64,000 bases of DNA from a virus. Positions 17,384 through 26,886 of this stretch are shown piece by piece. A program made the position numbers and the translations under genes. Below the pieces are notes generated by a model. It was not told the origin of the DNA. It searched no databases and was given only the letters and a program-made list of their open reading frames with translations. The DNA lies in IMG/VR virus record IMGVR_UViG_3300023179_000019; one strand, written 5' to 3'. Each line of letters begins with the position of its first letter. Positions within the stretch are counted from its first letter, which is position 1.

Positions 17384-19374
17384 TATTTCTTATCAGCCTT
17401 TTTAACTGGAGCAGGTCTATCATCTGGCCTTGTTGATCCTGATGGTGGCATTTGATTAGACTGATTAACCGTTGTGTTGTTTACATTTGTTGGTGTCGGT
17501 GTATCTTTATTTAACTCATTTCGCATTTGAGTGTTTTGTTGTGATGTTTGACCAATTTGACTACCCTGTTGATTCAATAACTGAGTATATTCTGAAGCAG
17601 TTTTAGTAACTGATGCAGCATATTTGTCTACGCCCGCTGTGTGATAACCAGCTGCACCAACAGTTTTAGCATATTCACCTATATCACCTTTTTCTAAAGA
17701 TTCTTTGTATCTTGGATTTGATAATAGTTTTGCAAATGCATTTCCAAAATCTTCCGGACTTTCATATTTTGCAAAAAAACTTTTTACTTGAGCCCATTGT
17801 TTGCCAGCTGCTTGTGCATTAGCATATTGTCCTTTACCATACCAACCGTCAACGGTATAAAATTGACCCTTTCTTTGAATAAGTTTATCATCAGGACCAA
17901 TTACTTGAACAAATTCTTCTAAAGTTTTTCCTGATTTTATTGCTTCAAGTTGTTTTGGTGTATAAGCTTCTTCAACAGTTACGAAACCTCCGACTTGGCC
18001 AGCGTCTTTTTGTGCTTTGGTTGCTTTGATGTTACCATAATTGAATGGTGCAACTAACGATTTGCCATCTCCTGTTTCTAAACCCCATTGAGCTAACAAG
18101 GCTGCAGGTTGAATTTTTCCACCCAATTTTTGTGAAACCATCTGTGCAACAGGATTCATAGCACCAACAAATGATTCTTTACTTGTTGCTTTACCGGTTG
18201 CATCAAGACCTTTGGTTATCATTTTATCAGCTGAAGGTTTTGGTGCAGCGGGTGCAGGTTGTGCTGGGGCTTGTTGAGCAGGTGGTTGTGTTTGTTGTTT
18301 AGGTGCAGGTTGCGCTGTAGGTTGTTGCTGTTGAGTAGGTCTTTCAACTTCTTTTTTCTGTCTAGTTGCTGTTTCTTTATCAGCTTTATCTTTGGTTTGC
18401 TTAGCTTCTCTATCAGCCTTATCTCTAGCATCTTTAGCTTCTCTATCAGCTTTGTCTTTGGCTTGTTTACTCTCTCTGTCCGCTTTATCTTTTGCGTCTT
18501 TAGCTTCTTTGTCAGCTTTGTCTTTGGCTTCTTTTTGTGATTTATCTTTAGCTTCTCTATCGGCCTTATCTTTGGCTTCTCTATCAGCCTTATCTTTAGC
18601 AGCTTTATCTTTGGCTTCTCTATCAGCCTTATCTTTAGCAGCTTTATCTTTGGCTTCTCTATCAGCCTTATCTTTAGCAGCTTTATCTGTTTGTTGTTTT
18701 TGTGCTGGTTTTTCAGCAGGTTTTTGTGTTGCTGGTTTTTCAGCAGGTTTTTGTGTTGCTGGTTTTTCAGCAGGTTTTTGTGTTGCTGGTTTTTCAGCAG
18801 GTTTTTGTGTTGCTGGTTTTTCAGCAGGTTTTGCCGGCTCACCAGGTTTTTTAGGTTCTTCTATTTTCTTAGGACGACCAACTTTTTTTGGCACACGTTT
18901 AAGAGTGAGTGCCTTTAATATTTGTTCGTGTCTTTTTTGTTCAACTTTATTTTCACGTTTATCTTCTTTATCGTCCTCTTTGTTCCATTTGGCTATCTGT
19001 TTTTCACGTTCTTTAATAATTCTCTCAATGCCTTTAACAGACTCAATTATTGGATTAACAGGTTTATTTTCAGAATCACCGTCTTGAACAGCAGCAGAAC
19101 GGCCAACACCTGAAGGTCTTGCACCAGTAAAATGTGCAATATCAGATTGTTTTCTTCCGGTCATTTTACCTATCATAGCAGGAGCCCAATTGCTACCAAA
19201 AGTCATCTTTTTGGCAATATTCATTGGATCGAACGTTTCTTTTATACCCGTTACGTTTGCTCGGGTTTTGGATGAAATTGCAGAACCTATAGACGAAAGT
19301 AAGCCGCCCTCTTGTTCAGCCAAAAGGGAGCTAAATGATTTTTTTCTTATCTTAGCTGCTGAACGATAATCCAT
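17383..19374 (-). CDS. tape-measure/gp29-like protein with GH73 (FlgJ-like) glucosaminidase domain
   Basis: LAQWGLETG, NYGNIKA, FAKYES..D, NPRY, AGYHT; charged repeats. Confidence 0.65.
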   Translation of the reverse strand: MDYRSAAKIRKKSFSSLLAEQEGGLLSSIGSAISSKTRANVTGIKETFDPMNIAKKMTFGSNWAPAMIGKMTGRKQSDIAHFTGARPSGVGRSAAVQDGDSENKPVNPIIESVKGIERIIKEREKQIAKWNKEDDKEDKRENKVEQKRHEQILKALTLKRVPKKVGRPKKIEEPKKPGEPAKPAEKPATQKPAEKPATQKPAEKPATQKPAEKPATQKPAEKPAQKQQTDKAAKDKADREAKDKAAKDKADREAKDKAAKDKADREAKDKADREAKDKSQKEAKDKADKEAKDAKDKADRESKQAKDKADREAKDARDKADREAKQTKDKADKETATRQKKEVERPTQQQQPTAQPAPKQQTQPPAQQAPAQPAPAAPKPSADKMITKGLDATGKATSKESFVGAMNPVAQMVSQKLGGKIQPAALLAQWGLETGDGKSLVAPFNYGNIKATKAQKDAGQVGGFVTVEEAYTPKQLEAIKSGKTLEEFVQVIGPDDKLIQRKGQFYTVDGWYGKGQYANAQAAGKQWAQVKSFFAKYESPEDFGNAFAKLLSNPRYKESLEKGDIGEYAKTVGAAGYHTAGVDKYAASVTKTASEYTQLLNQQGSQIGQTSQQNTQMRNELNKDTPTPTNVNNTTVNQSNQMPPSGSTRPDDRPAPVKKADKK
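18400..18832. repeat. coding tandem repeats (27-bp x4+ and KDKADREA-type units)
   Basis: TGCTGGTTTTTCAGCAGGTTTTTGTGT at 18703, 18730, 18757, 18784 plus a partial copy; 39-bp units near 18566-18685. Confidence 0.9.
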
Positions 19375-19377
19375 TTA

Positions 19378-19566
19378 CTATTTTCTTTGTCTCTCTTTTA
19401 GTTTCTGGTTTTCTTCTTCAATATATTGTATCAGCATGGTGACGTAAATATCCCGTTCCCAAGGCAGCATCGCTTCGAGCTCGGTAAGACTATACTTATG
19501 GTGTTGCATCAATGAAAAGTTAGTCTTGTAATAATTCTTCAGATTGTCATGACGAAAGGTTAGCCG
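19378..19566 (-). CDS. gp51: gp51-like baseplate chaperone frame, probably reached by -1 frameshift from gp26
   Basis: HDNLKNYYKTNFSLMQHHKYSLTELEAMLPWERDIY; first ATG only at 19509, no clear SD. Confidence 0.75.
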   Translation of the reverse strand, partial: RLTFRHDNLKNYYKTNFSLMQHHKYSLTELEAMLPWERDIYVTMLIQYIEEENQKLKERQRK

Positions 19567-20291
19567 AAAAAATCTTCGAGGCCTTCTACAGAAAGATGGT
19601 GCTCAAAACCGCATTTGCTGCAGGTAACATCAATATTGTGTTTCATCCTAGGCAGATTGTTAAAGAAATTTTCAATCTTTTCAAATTGTTCCTGGTTCAT
19701 ACTCTCAACAAACTCCATGATTTCACCAGGTTCAGCTTCTCTCGCATAATAAAATTCTTCAGTCGGCACCTCATAGATGTACTCGATGCTGTTTGCAATC
19801 ATATTGAATGTAACTTCATTAATGTCATCCAACTCCATAGAATCTTTAATAAGACCGAATTCTGGATATTTCATTTTTACGATGATTTTATCCGATATCT
19901 TAATTTCTGGATTATTATTTTCCGGTTGTTGAACTTTCACCTGCATCAAATCAACATCTTTTTCCATAATGTTGCCACAATCTTTATCTTCAACAGTATT
20001 GTTGCAACGATATCTGGTTTGAATAATTTCTCCAACAGATTTTGCACGTAGTTGAATAAAGTAATATTCAACATCAACGATTGGTAACTTATCGATTTCG
20101 ATATTTTCTGTTACTGTACAGTTGTGAAGAATATCGTGTACGTTTTGTTGAATAGTCGCACTTTCTCCTGATTCTACTGCCATCAGAAGATTCTTTTGTT
20201 CTTTTACCAAGAACGGTCTGAATTTAATTTTTTTCTTTGAAACCGGTAATTCGATTTCATATGTTGGCACATCAAGTTTAGGCAAAGCCAT
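19560..20291 (-). CDS. gp26: baseplate hub assembly protein gp26
   Basis: MALPKLDVPTYE, FRPFLVKEQK, LRAKSVGE, CSKC, GLEDFF. Confidence 0.9.
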   Translation of the reverse strand: MALPKLDVPTYEIELPVSKKKIKFRPFLVKEQKNLLMAVESGESATIQQNVHDILHNCTVTENIEIDKLPIVDVEYYFIQLRAKSVGEIIQTRYRCNNTVEDKDCGNIMEKDVDLMQVKVQQPENNNPEIKISDKIIVKMKYPEFGLIKDSMELDDINEVTFNMIANSIEYIYEVPTEEFYYAREAEPGEIMEFVESMNQEQFEKIENFFNNLPRMKHNIDVTCSKCGFEHHLSVEGLEDFFG

Positions 20292-20320
20292 AATATCTCC
20301 TTAATATATTAATAAAATAA

Positions 20321-21010
20321 TTATCTACCACCAAAAGTAGATTTGATAGTTTCTAAAGAACCGCTGGCTACCGATTCTGGTATAGAATTGATACCGGTGC
20401 CAATACCGCCAAGCGCATTTAGTCCTCCAAGAGCATCGGCAACCAGGCCAATGCCCGCATCGACAACCTCCATACCAAGAGCTTGTAGAGAGTTGTTTTT
20501 CCAATAAGTGTAAGCAAAAGTAACACTTAATTTATGATACCCGTCATTCGACCAATCTAAATCTAATTGATTCATTGAAACAGGAAAAGCATCAAACATA
20601 TTAACAGAATACGATGGTTGATTAGTTACATCATATTGTGTTACTGTAAGAATAGTTGCATAATCACTTTTATATCTGTGATTGTAGTTATACGTTGGAT
20701 TCATGTAGTTCATCCACGCATCGAAAAACACCTTTTGGTTCATGTCGTCATCAACAATAAAAGTTAGATCAATATCGTTGTAAGTAGTTTCATAAGGAAA
20801 TTTTTCAATCGGATTTGAACCGATTCTTTGTTCTAGTGTTGCAAAAGTTCTACCCGGAAGTTGTGCCGCTTCACAACGAAACGAAAGATTTCTGGAACTT
20901 TGAATATATGGCAATAACGTTAAAGGAATAGGTATATCTACCTGAAACTTATTAGGTCTGGCAATGTCTTTCTTAAAACTAGATTGGAATTCTGATATTG
21001 AACCCGGCAT
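20321..21010 (-). CDS. tail tube initiator / gp54-like (gp19 fold)
   Basis: ARPNKF, CEAAQLPGRT, FPVSMNQLDL, VTFAY. Confidence 0.75.
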   Translation of the reverse strand: MPGSISEFQSSFKKDIARPNKFQVDIPIPLTLLPYIQSSRNLSFRCEAAQLPGRTFATLEQRIGSNPIEKFPYETTYNDIDLTFIVDDDMNQKVFFDAWMNYMNPTYNYNHRYKSDYATILTVTQYDVTNQPSYSVNMFDAFPVSMNQLDLDWSNDGYHKLSVTFAYTYWKNNSLQALGMEVVDAGIGLVADALGGLNALGGIGTGINSIPESVASGSLETIKSTFGGR

Positions 21011-21613
21011 TTAGTGTTTCCTTATTTCGTTTATCGATTCTTGCCAAACTTTTTGTGGTTTGGCTTTCTTAAATTGTTGCATAGGTAAGAATACTGCCAC
21101 TTCCCATTCATTTGGTTGGATGGCAAGTATTTTGGACTTAACATGACCATACAAATAACGCTTAAAGCATGGCCTGAACTCTTTAAACCGCTTGGAAGAC
21201 GATAGGATTTCATACGTGACTCTCAGTCGCTTAATCTCGTCCTCATCGTTGTACATTGCATAGGACATTAACTTATTTAAAAATGCCACTCGATATTTAA
21301 TCGGTAAGTAATGCAGATTTAGTCCTGTAAATCCTTCTTTATCTCTATCTAGTATTAATACCAAAGGAAATCTGTCATAATATGGTAAATCTTCTTTGGT
21401 TTTTGGATCATAATAAAAACAATACAATCTACCTAAAATAAATCTACTTACTTTTCTAAAACCCTCTCTGTTGATTTCGGTTGCAATCCTAGACGGATTT
21501 CGAATATCTGCAATTTTTTCAAGAAGCCATTTATACGACTCTTTCGATAAAAAATCAAGTTGAGCCGCACTTCTTTCAGCGGAGATAAGTGTTAGTTTTG
21601 ACTGTGTGACCAT
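21011..21613 (-). CDS. gp2: DNA end protector gp2
   Basis: YDPKTK..LPYYDRFPL, GLNLHYLP, KRYL. Confidence 0.9.
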   Translation of the reverse strand: MVTQSKLTLISAERSAAQLDFLSKESYKWLLEKIADIRNPSRIATEINREGFRKVSRFILGRLYCFYYDPKTKEDLPYYDRFPLVLILDRDKEGFTGLNLHYLPIKYRVAFLNKLMSYAMYNDEDEIKRLRVTYEILSSSKRFKEFRPCFKRYLYGHVKSKILAIQPNEWEVAVFLPMQQFKKAKPQKVWQESINEIRKH

Positions 21614-21626
21614 AATTAATATTTAG

Positions 21627-22067
21627 TTACAATCCTAGGTGTTCTTCTGTTAAAATTTTGAATTCCCAACCACGATCCAAACAATACTCGCTGGCTGCTT
21701 TCCATTTTGCTTTATTTACTGCAAATGTGTAAACTTCATTTATGTACTGTTTTGTTACTTTTGATTTTTTGATAGGTTCTTCTGTTTGATACTTTGGTTT
21801 AACTTCTATCAAATAACTTTTTACTATTCCTTGTTTGTTCTTTATTTGTGCAAAAAAATCAACAAAATATCTTCTATAATTGCCTTTAAGTGGGTCTTTG
21901 TAAGGAATTATAATTTCCTCACTGGACCAAGATACAACATCTGGTGATGTGTCTAACCAGACGCAAACTTTTGTTTCCCAAGATGATCTCACCCAAATGT
22001 TGGTGTGATCACCTCGATACTTTTGAGGATTTCTAGGTTTCCATTTATGTGGTTCAGGTCTTGCCAT
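21627..22067 (-). CDS. gp4: head completion nuclease gp4
   Basis: NPQKYRGD, RSSWE, WSSEE, RYFVDF, IEVKP, NKAKW. Confidence 0.92.
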   Translation of the reverse strand: MARPEPHKWKPRNPQKYRGDHTNIWVRSSWETKVCVWLDTSPDVVSWSSEEIIIPYKDPLKGNYRRYFVDFFAQIKNKQGIVKSYLIEVKPKYQTEEPIKKSKVTKQYINEVYTFAVNKAKWKAASEYCLDRGWEFKILTEEHLGL

Positions 22068-22090
22068 ATTGTATTTCTTTGGGAATGCTC

Positions 22091-22098
22091 TATAAATA
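22091..22098 (+). promoter_or_regulatory. T4-type late promoter
   Basis: TATAAATA upstream of the baseplate operon. Confidence 0.8.
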
Positions 22099-22128
22099 CT
22101 ATGTATATCTTTATTTTAAGAGGACTCA

Positions 22129-23082
22129 ATGGCAATCATATCAATTCCATCATCAATTGGTGGTGTAACAATACCAGGAAGTGTCACAAACGGACCTTTG
22201 GGTATGTTGTTTGGCAAAAGTGGTGGCAAAGACAGTTTGCAATATCCTAGGGACTTGGGTTCTGCTACTAGAGGACACTCAGTAAGATTTGAGATTAAAG
22301 AAATACAGCCTGTTGGATATCAAGAAGGAAAAGAAACTTCTTTTAAATCTATTGGTTCAGGTATTGTTGAATCAGCCGGAAAGGTTGTAAATACTGCAAT
22401 AGAGTTGGCCAAAAATGGTAACACCAACGGAATGAAACCTGAAGATAAAGCCAATATTTCTTTGGAACCAAACAAATCAAAAGTTGTTGCTACAATCGAT
22501 TTATATATGCCTGAAACGATGGCTTTTCAATATCAATCATCCTATAATGATATCAGTTTGAAGGAAGCTGTGCAAAGCGCAGCTCAGGCAGTCGCTGGCG
22601 GCCGTATAGCAGGTTCTATTGTTCAGGGTGTTAATGGTGTGATTGACTCCGATATTGCAAAACTTACACTAAAATCTCAAGGCCTTGCAATTAATCCTAT
22701 GCAGCAAATGGTTTTCCAAGGTATTGATTTCAGAGAATATCAATTAGCATTTACATTTACACCATATTCAAAACAAGAAGCTCAAACAGTCGAAAAAATT
22801 ATTAAGATGTTTAAAACACATGCTGCACCGAGAATTACAACAGGTGCAGCCGGAATGTTTTTTATTCCACCTTCTGTATTTAATATTAAATTTCTTTTTA
22901 AAGGTAAAGAAAATAAAAACGTTAATAAAGTTGCAGAATCAGTTATCACAAGCATTGATGTTAATTATGCACCCAATGGTTGGTCAACACATTCTGATGG
23001 TGCACCTGTACAAACAACGCTCACAATGAACTTCAAAGAAACAGTTCTTATCGATAGAGCCAAGATTGAAGCGGGGTATTAA
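22129..23082 (+). CDS. gp48: baseplate tail-tube cap gp48
   Basis: LQYP, LYMP, NP..FQGIDFR, IDVNYAPNG, FKET. Confidence 0.85.
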   Translation: MAIISIPSSIGGVTIPGSVTNGPLGMLFGKSGGKDSLQYPRDLGSATRGHSVRFEIKEIQPVGYQEGKETSFKSIGSGIVESAGKVVNTAIELAKNGNTNGMKPEDKANISLEPNKSKVVATIDLYMPETMAFQYQSSYNDISLKEAVQSAAQAVAGGRIAGSIVQGVNGVIDSDIAKLTLKSQGLAINPMQQMVFQGIDFREYQLAFTFTPYSKQEAQTVEKIIKMFKTHAAPRITTGAAGMFFIPPSVFNIKFLFKGKENKNVNKVAESVITSIDVNYAPNGWSTHSDGAPVQTTLTMNFKETVLIDRAKIEAGY

Positions 23083-23084
23083 AA

Positions 23085-23687
23085 ATGCAATATTTTAATA
23101 CTTTACCAAAAATACTGTACACCGACAAAATGGGTGTATCCAAAATATTTACAAATCTCATGGCTCGGGTTAGTATGGTTCCAGAAACTTTGCAGAATCC
23201 TCTAGTATTTTACGATTACGATATTCAAGAAGGTGATACTCCAGAAATAATTGCGTACAAATACTATGGAGATTCATACAGATATTGGATGGTTCTATTT
23301 GCAAATCAAATATTGGATCCACAATGGCAATGGCCTATGAATTCACAAACGTTTGCTTCCTATGTTGAGAATAAGTATCCTGACATTAATCCAAACGAAG
23401 AAATACACCATTACTTAAAAACAATTACAACAACAGATAATTCAACAGGCACGGTAACGATAGACAACATCATTATTGATGAAACAGCGTACAATGCACT
23501 TGCTCGAACAACTACAACTTACACATTACCTAGCGGATATACTACAACAGTTGTAACAGACAAATCATTTATTACTATAACTGAATTTGAACAAGACCAA
23601 AACGAAAAAAATAGAAACATCAAATTAGTAAACGCAAGATATGCTGATCAATTAGAAAAAGAATTTAAATTATTAATGGCGACTTAA
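23085..23687 (+). CDS. gp53: baseplate wedge gp53
   Basis: YFNTLP, LysM-like GDTPEIIAYKYYGD..W, WP. Confidence 0.9.
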   Translation: MQYFNTLPKILYTDKMGVSKIFTNLMARVSMVPETLQNPLVFYDYDIQEGDTPEIIAYKYYGDSYRYWMVLFANQILDPQWQWPMNSQTFASYVENKYPDINPNEEIHHYLKTITTTDNSTGTVTIDNIIIDETAYNALARTTTTYTLPSGYTTTVVTDKSFITITEFEQDQNEKNRNIKLVNARYADQLEKEFKLLMAT

Positions 23688-23689
23688 TT

Positions 23690-25066
23690 ATGGCAACTGT
23701 TTTACCAAATACAGCATCTCCAGTAGAGACTAAAGGTATTTTAGGACCTCAAGATTATGCTATAAAAACACTAAATCTTTTGTTTGCTAATGGACAAAGG
23801 ATGGAATTGAAGAAATTGGTTTTTTCTTTAGATTACTATGAAGATATCTATAGCTTTGTTACATCTGGATCAATTACTTTAAATGATGCACAAGGTTTTC
23901 CTGAGTTGTTACAATTAACAGGAAACGAATTCATAGAAATTAATTTTGGAAAATATAAAGATTCTGTGAATTCGACAGACCAAATCTTTCGTGTATATAA
24001 GATGGGTGAAAGAACTCCAGGTAAAAATTTAAATTCTCAAAGATTCACACTCTATTTTTGTTCGGAAGAATTGTTGTTATCGGAACAAACAAAAATAAGT
24101 AAATCATATTCCGGTCAAAAAATTTCAGAAATTGTTTGGGATATTTTATTAGAACAAATGCAAGTTGATATTAAAAAAATATATAATATTGAAGAAACAA
24201 CTGGCGTGTATGATTTTTTAGTGCCTAGATTAAAACCTTTTGAAGCTATCAGTTGGGTGTCAACATATGCACGACCAGAAGGTACAGATTTGATTGGTGC
24301 TGATATGTTATTTTTTGAAACAAAAGATGGTTATAATTTTAGATCCATACAATCGATGATATCAAGTGTGCCTTATGCAACGTACAAATATCAGTTACAG
24401 AACGTAGATAATCTCGGTGGATTACAAAACAAGTTATCAAGTATTTTGGAATATGAATTTACAAAAGTTTATGATTCACTTTCAGAAATTTCAAATGGAA
24501 CTTTTGCGAGTAAATTATTAACAATAGATCCACTTACTAGAACGTTTAAAAATACAAATTTTGATTACAGCGATTTCCAAAAACATGTGAAAACTTTAAA
24601 CGAAGGAACGATAACAAATGATGTGGTTAATAGATTGGGAAAAACAATTACCGAAGCATCTGAAAGTGTTTTAAAATTTATGACATCAAATGCAGATCAA
24701 CTATCTGTACCCTTTATTAAAAACAAACAAGCTGGTGTGGCCAAAGATATATATGCAGAGACTTATGTTCCACAAAGAACAGCACAACTTGCTTTGGCAA
24801 ATTACAATGTGATTAAATTAACTATTCCTGGTGATCCTGGTATTACAGCTGGCAGAACTATTCAATTGGATCTACCATCGATTAAACCTTCAACCAGTAC
24901 TAGACAGTTAGATAAATTTTATTCAGGTAAATATTTAGTGACAGCAGTAAGACAAATGATTGGTGTGAATACTTTTCAAACAGTTTTAGAAATTACAAAA
25001 GACAGTTTCCCGAATAGTCCAGCTTCTGCTGATAATACGGCATTTAAATCGAGCGTGAAAGCATAA
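23690..25066 (+). CDS. baseplate hub protein (gp27-like)
   Basis: YEDIY..SGSI, FFET..GYNF, PGD..AG, YSGKYLVTAV; between gp53 and gp5. Confidence 0.75.
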   Translation: MATVLPNTASPVETKGILGPQDYAIKTLNLLFANGQRMELKKLVFSLDYYEDIYSFVTSGSITLNDAQGFPELLQLTGNEFIEINFGKYKDSVNSTDQIFRVYKMGERTPGKNLNSQRFTLYFCSEELLLSEQTKISKSYSGQKISEIVWDILLEQMQVDIKKIYNIEETTGVYDFLVPRLKPFEAISWVSTYARPEGTDLIGADMLFFETKDGYNFRSIQSMISSVPYATYKYQLQNVDNLGGLQNKLSSILEYEFTKVYDSLSEISNGTFASKLLTIDPLTRTFKNTNFDYSDFQKHVKTLNEGTITNDVVNRLGKTITEASESVLKFMTSNADQLSVPFIKNKQAGVAKDIYAETYVPQRTAQLALANYNVIKLTIPGDPGITAGRTIQLDLPSIKPSTSTRQLDKFYSGKYLVTAVRQMIGVNTFQTVLEITKDSFPNSPASADNTAFKSSVKA

Positions 25067-26886
25067 TGGAAAATTTTTTAGGAAAAGATGGTTTTATTTG
25101 GTGGACTGGTGTTATCGAAGATAGACAAGATCCATTAAACCTTGGTCGTTGCCGGGTTCGTATTTTTGGTTGGCACAGCGAAGATAAAATGTTGGTGCCC
25201 ACCGAATCTCTGCCTTGGGCTTTGCCAAAATTACCTGTAAACAACTCTAGAACATTTACGACACCTGCCGAAGGTGAATGGGTTACAGGTTATTTTTTCG
25301 ATTCATTATCCGCACAATTTCCTGTTTATGATGGTGTTCTTCCAGGAATTGCAAGGTCAGGTTCAAGCCCACAAGTTGGATTTTCTGATCCTAGAACACC
25401 AGAACAATTAATGAATAGTCCTGCACCACCAGCAAAAAATATAATTGCACAAGATGGTTCAGGCACAACAACTGAAAGCAAACCTGCTACTAGAAATCCT
25501 GTTGATATTGGATTTCCAAGTGTTAACAAATTAGCTATTAATGATTTGATGAATGCTGCGCCGCAGATGTTGGAAAGAGCTTTCAATGTTGTAAAGGATA
25601 TCAAGGGACCAGAAGCAAAAACTTTAGGTACAGAGATTGCAGGTGCTGCTCAAGGTGCAGCTGCAGCACTTCAAGGTATTCAACCTAATCTAGAAGCACT
25701 GGTACCAAAAGCAAGTGAATTGGCTGCAAGTATTCAACCAAATTTGGGAAGTTTAGCTGCAAAGTTTGGACCAGAATTTAAAGCTGCACTAGATGAAGCC
25801 GCACCAAAAATTCAAGCGGGAGTAACAGCTTTACCTGGCCAAGTATCTGGACTAGCTTCTTCTGTTACGACAGGAATAACTAAGGCACAATCAGAAATTG
25901 GTGCAGGTTTATCGGCAGGTTTATCGGATGTACAATCTCAAATTAATGATGGAAGTCTAAAAGCACAATTTCAAAAAGACTTGGCAGAAGCGCAGAAAAA
26001 CATGGCTGCTTCGGAACAATCTGTAGCCGAACAAATAGCAAAAGCACAAAACGCGGCAAGTGAGACTTTAGCCAAAGTTAACCAAGCATCTTCAAAAGAT
26101 TTAACGACATTACAAGCAGAATCAAAAAATATTGCTGGCGCTATTTCAGAAAAACTAAAAGAACTATCAGCAGCAAACATTAGTACAAAAACTCCAGTCA
26201 TTTTAAGTCCAGCTACGATTGGATCAACAAACGCATCAACAATCTCTGCAATGCCCTCTACAACTCCTGCCATTTTTGGTGCAGGAACTATTGCTGGTGT
26301 AACATCATTTACATCATCATTAGAAACTAATTTATACAAAGATACTCCTGATGAAAATTTAACATACACGGGTTTAGACGAAACGGTTTGGGATAGGGTT
26401 AACGCAGAAAGATTGAGAAGAAAACTACCAAGTTTAACAGATATAGGTTCACCTAGACCACCAACGGATCAACCGCCACCAGAACCAAAAGCAAATTTAG
26501 GTGCTGTGGCGCCAGCACCTTTGGTCGCAACTATGGCACCAAATCCAATTCCAAATGAAGTTCCTTTGGAGAAAGTTTCCAGTACACAAGATAAAGCATT
26601 AGAAAATTCTATGACTTTATATAAAGAACTTGTAGCTAAAGACACGGCAGATTTAATAACTGAAATAAATGCATGTAATACGATAAAACAATTTGAAGCT
26701 GTTATAGCAAAACAAGAAGCTACTTTTAATAAATGGACAAAATTAAGTGGTCAAATAGAATCATCTAGCAATGATAGTACGGTTTTTCCAACATTAAATA
26801 GTTATACAAAAAAATATCAAAAACAATTGACAACAGCATTTAACGCAAGAATTCAAGTAGTTAAAGAGTCTGGAGGAGTACAATAA
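25066..26886 (+). CDS. gp5: gp5 N-terminal part (OB fold plus Ala-rich helical region)
   Basis: WWTGVIEDRQDPLNLGRCRVRIFGWH, LPWA, GEWVTGYFFD. Confidence 0.8.
   Translation: MENFLGKDGFIWWTGVIEDRQDPLNLGRCRVRIFGWHSEDKMLVPTESLPWALPKLPVNNSRTFTTPAEGEWVTGYFFDSLSAQFPVYDGVLPGIARSGSSPQVGFSDPRTPEQLMNSPAPPAKNIIAQDGSGTTTESKPATRNPVDIGFPSVNKLAINDLMNAAPQMLERAFNVVKDIKGPEAKTLGTEIAGAAQGAAAALQGIQPNLEALVPKASELAASIQPNLGSLAAKFGPEFKAALDEAAPKIQAGVTALPGQVSGLASSVTTGITKAQSEIGAGLSAGLSDVQSQINDGSLKAQFQKDLAEAQKNMAASEQSVAEQIAKAQNAASETLAKVNQASSKDLTTLQAESKNIAGAISEKLKELSAANISTKTPVILSPATIGSTNASTISAMPSTTPAIFGAGTIAGVTSFTSSLETNLYKDTPDENLTYTGLDETVWDRVNAERLRRKLPSLTDIGSPRPPTDQPPPEPKANLGAVAPAPLVATMAPNPIPNEVPLEKVSSTQDKALENSMTLYKELVAKDTADLITEINACNTIKQFEAVIAKQEATFNKWTKLSGQIESSSNDSTVFPTLNSYTKKYQKQLTTAFNARIQVVKESGGVQ

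Noticed and set aside
18219-19087. Several long alternative-frame and antisense ORFs
   Set aside because: By-products of stop-free tandem repeats in the 663-aa gene.
21627-22067. TnsA-like transposase or homing endonuclease
   Set aside because: Motifs and position next to gp2 match head completion protein gp4, with no mobile-element ends.
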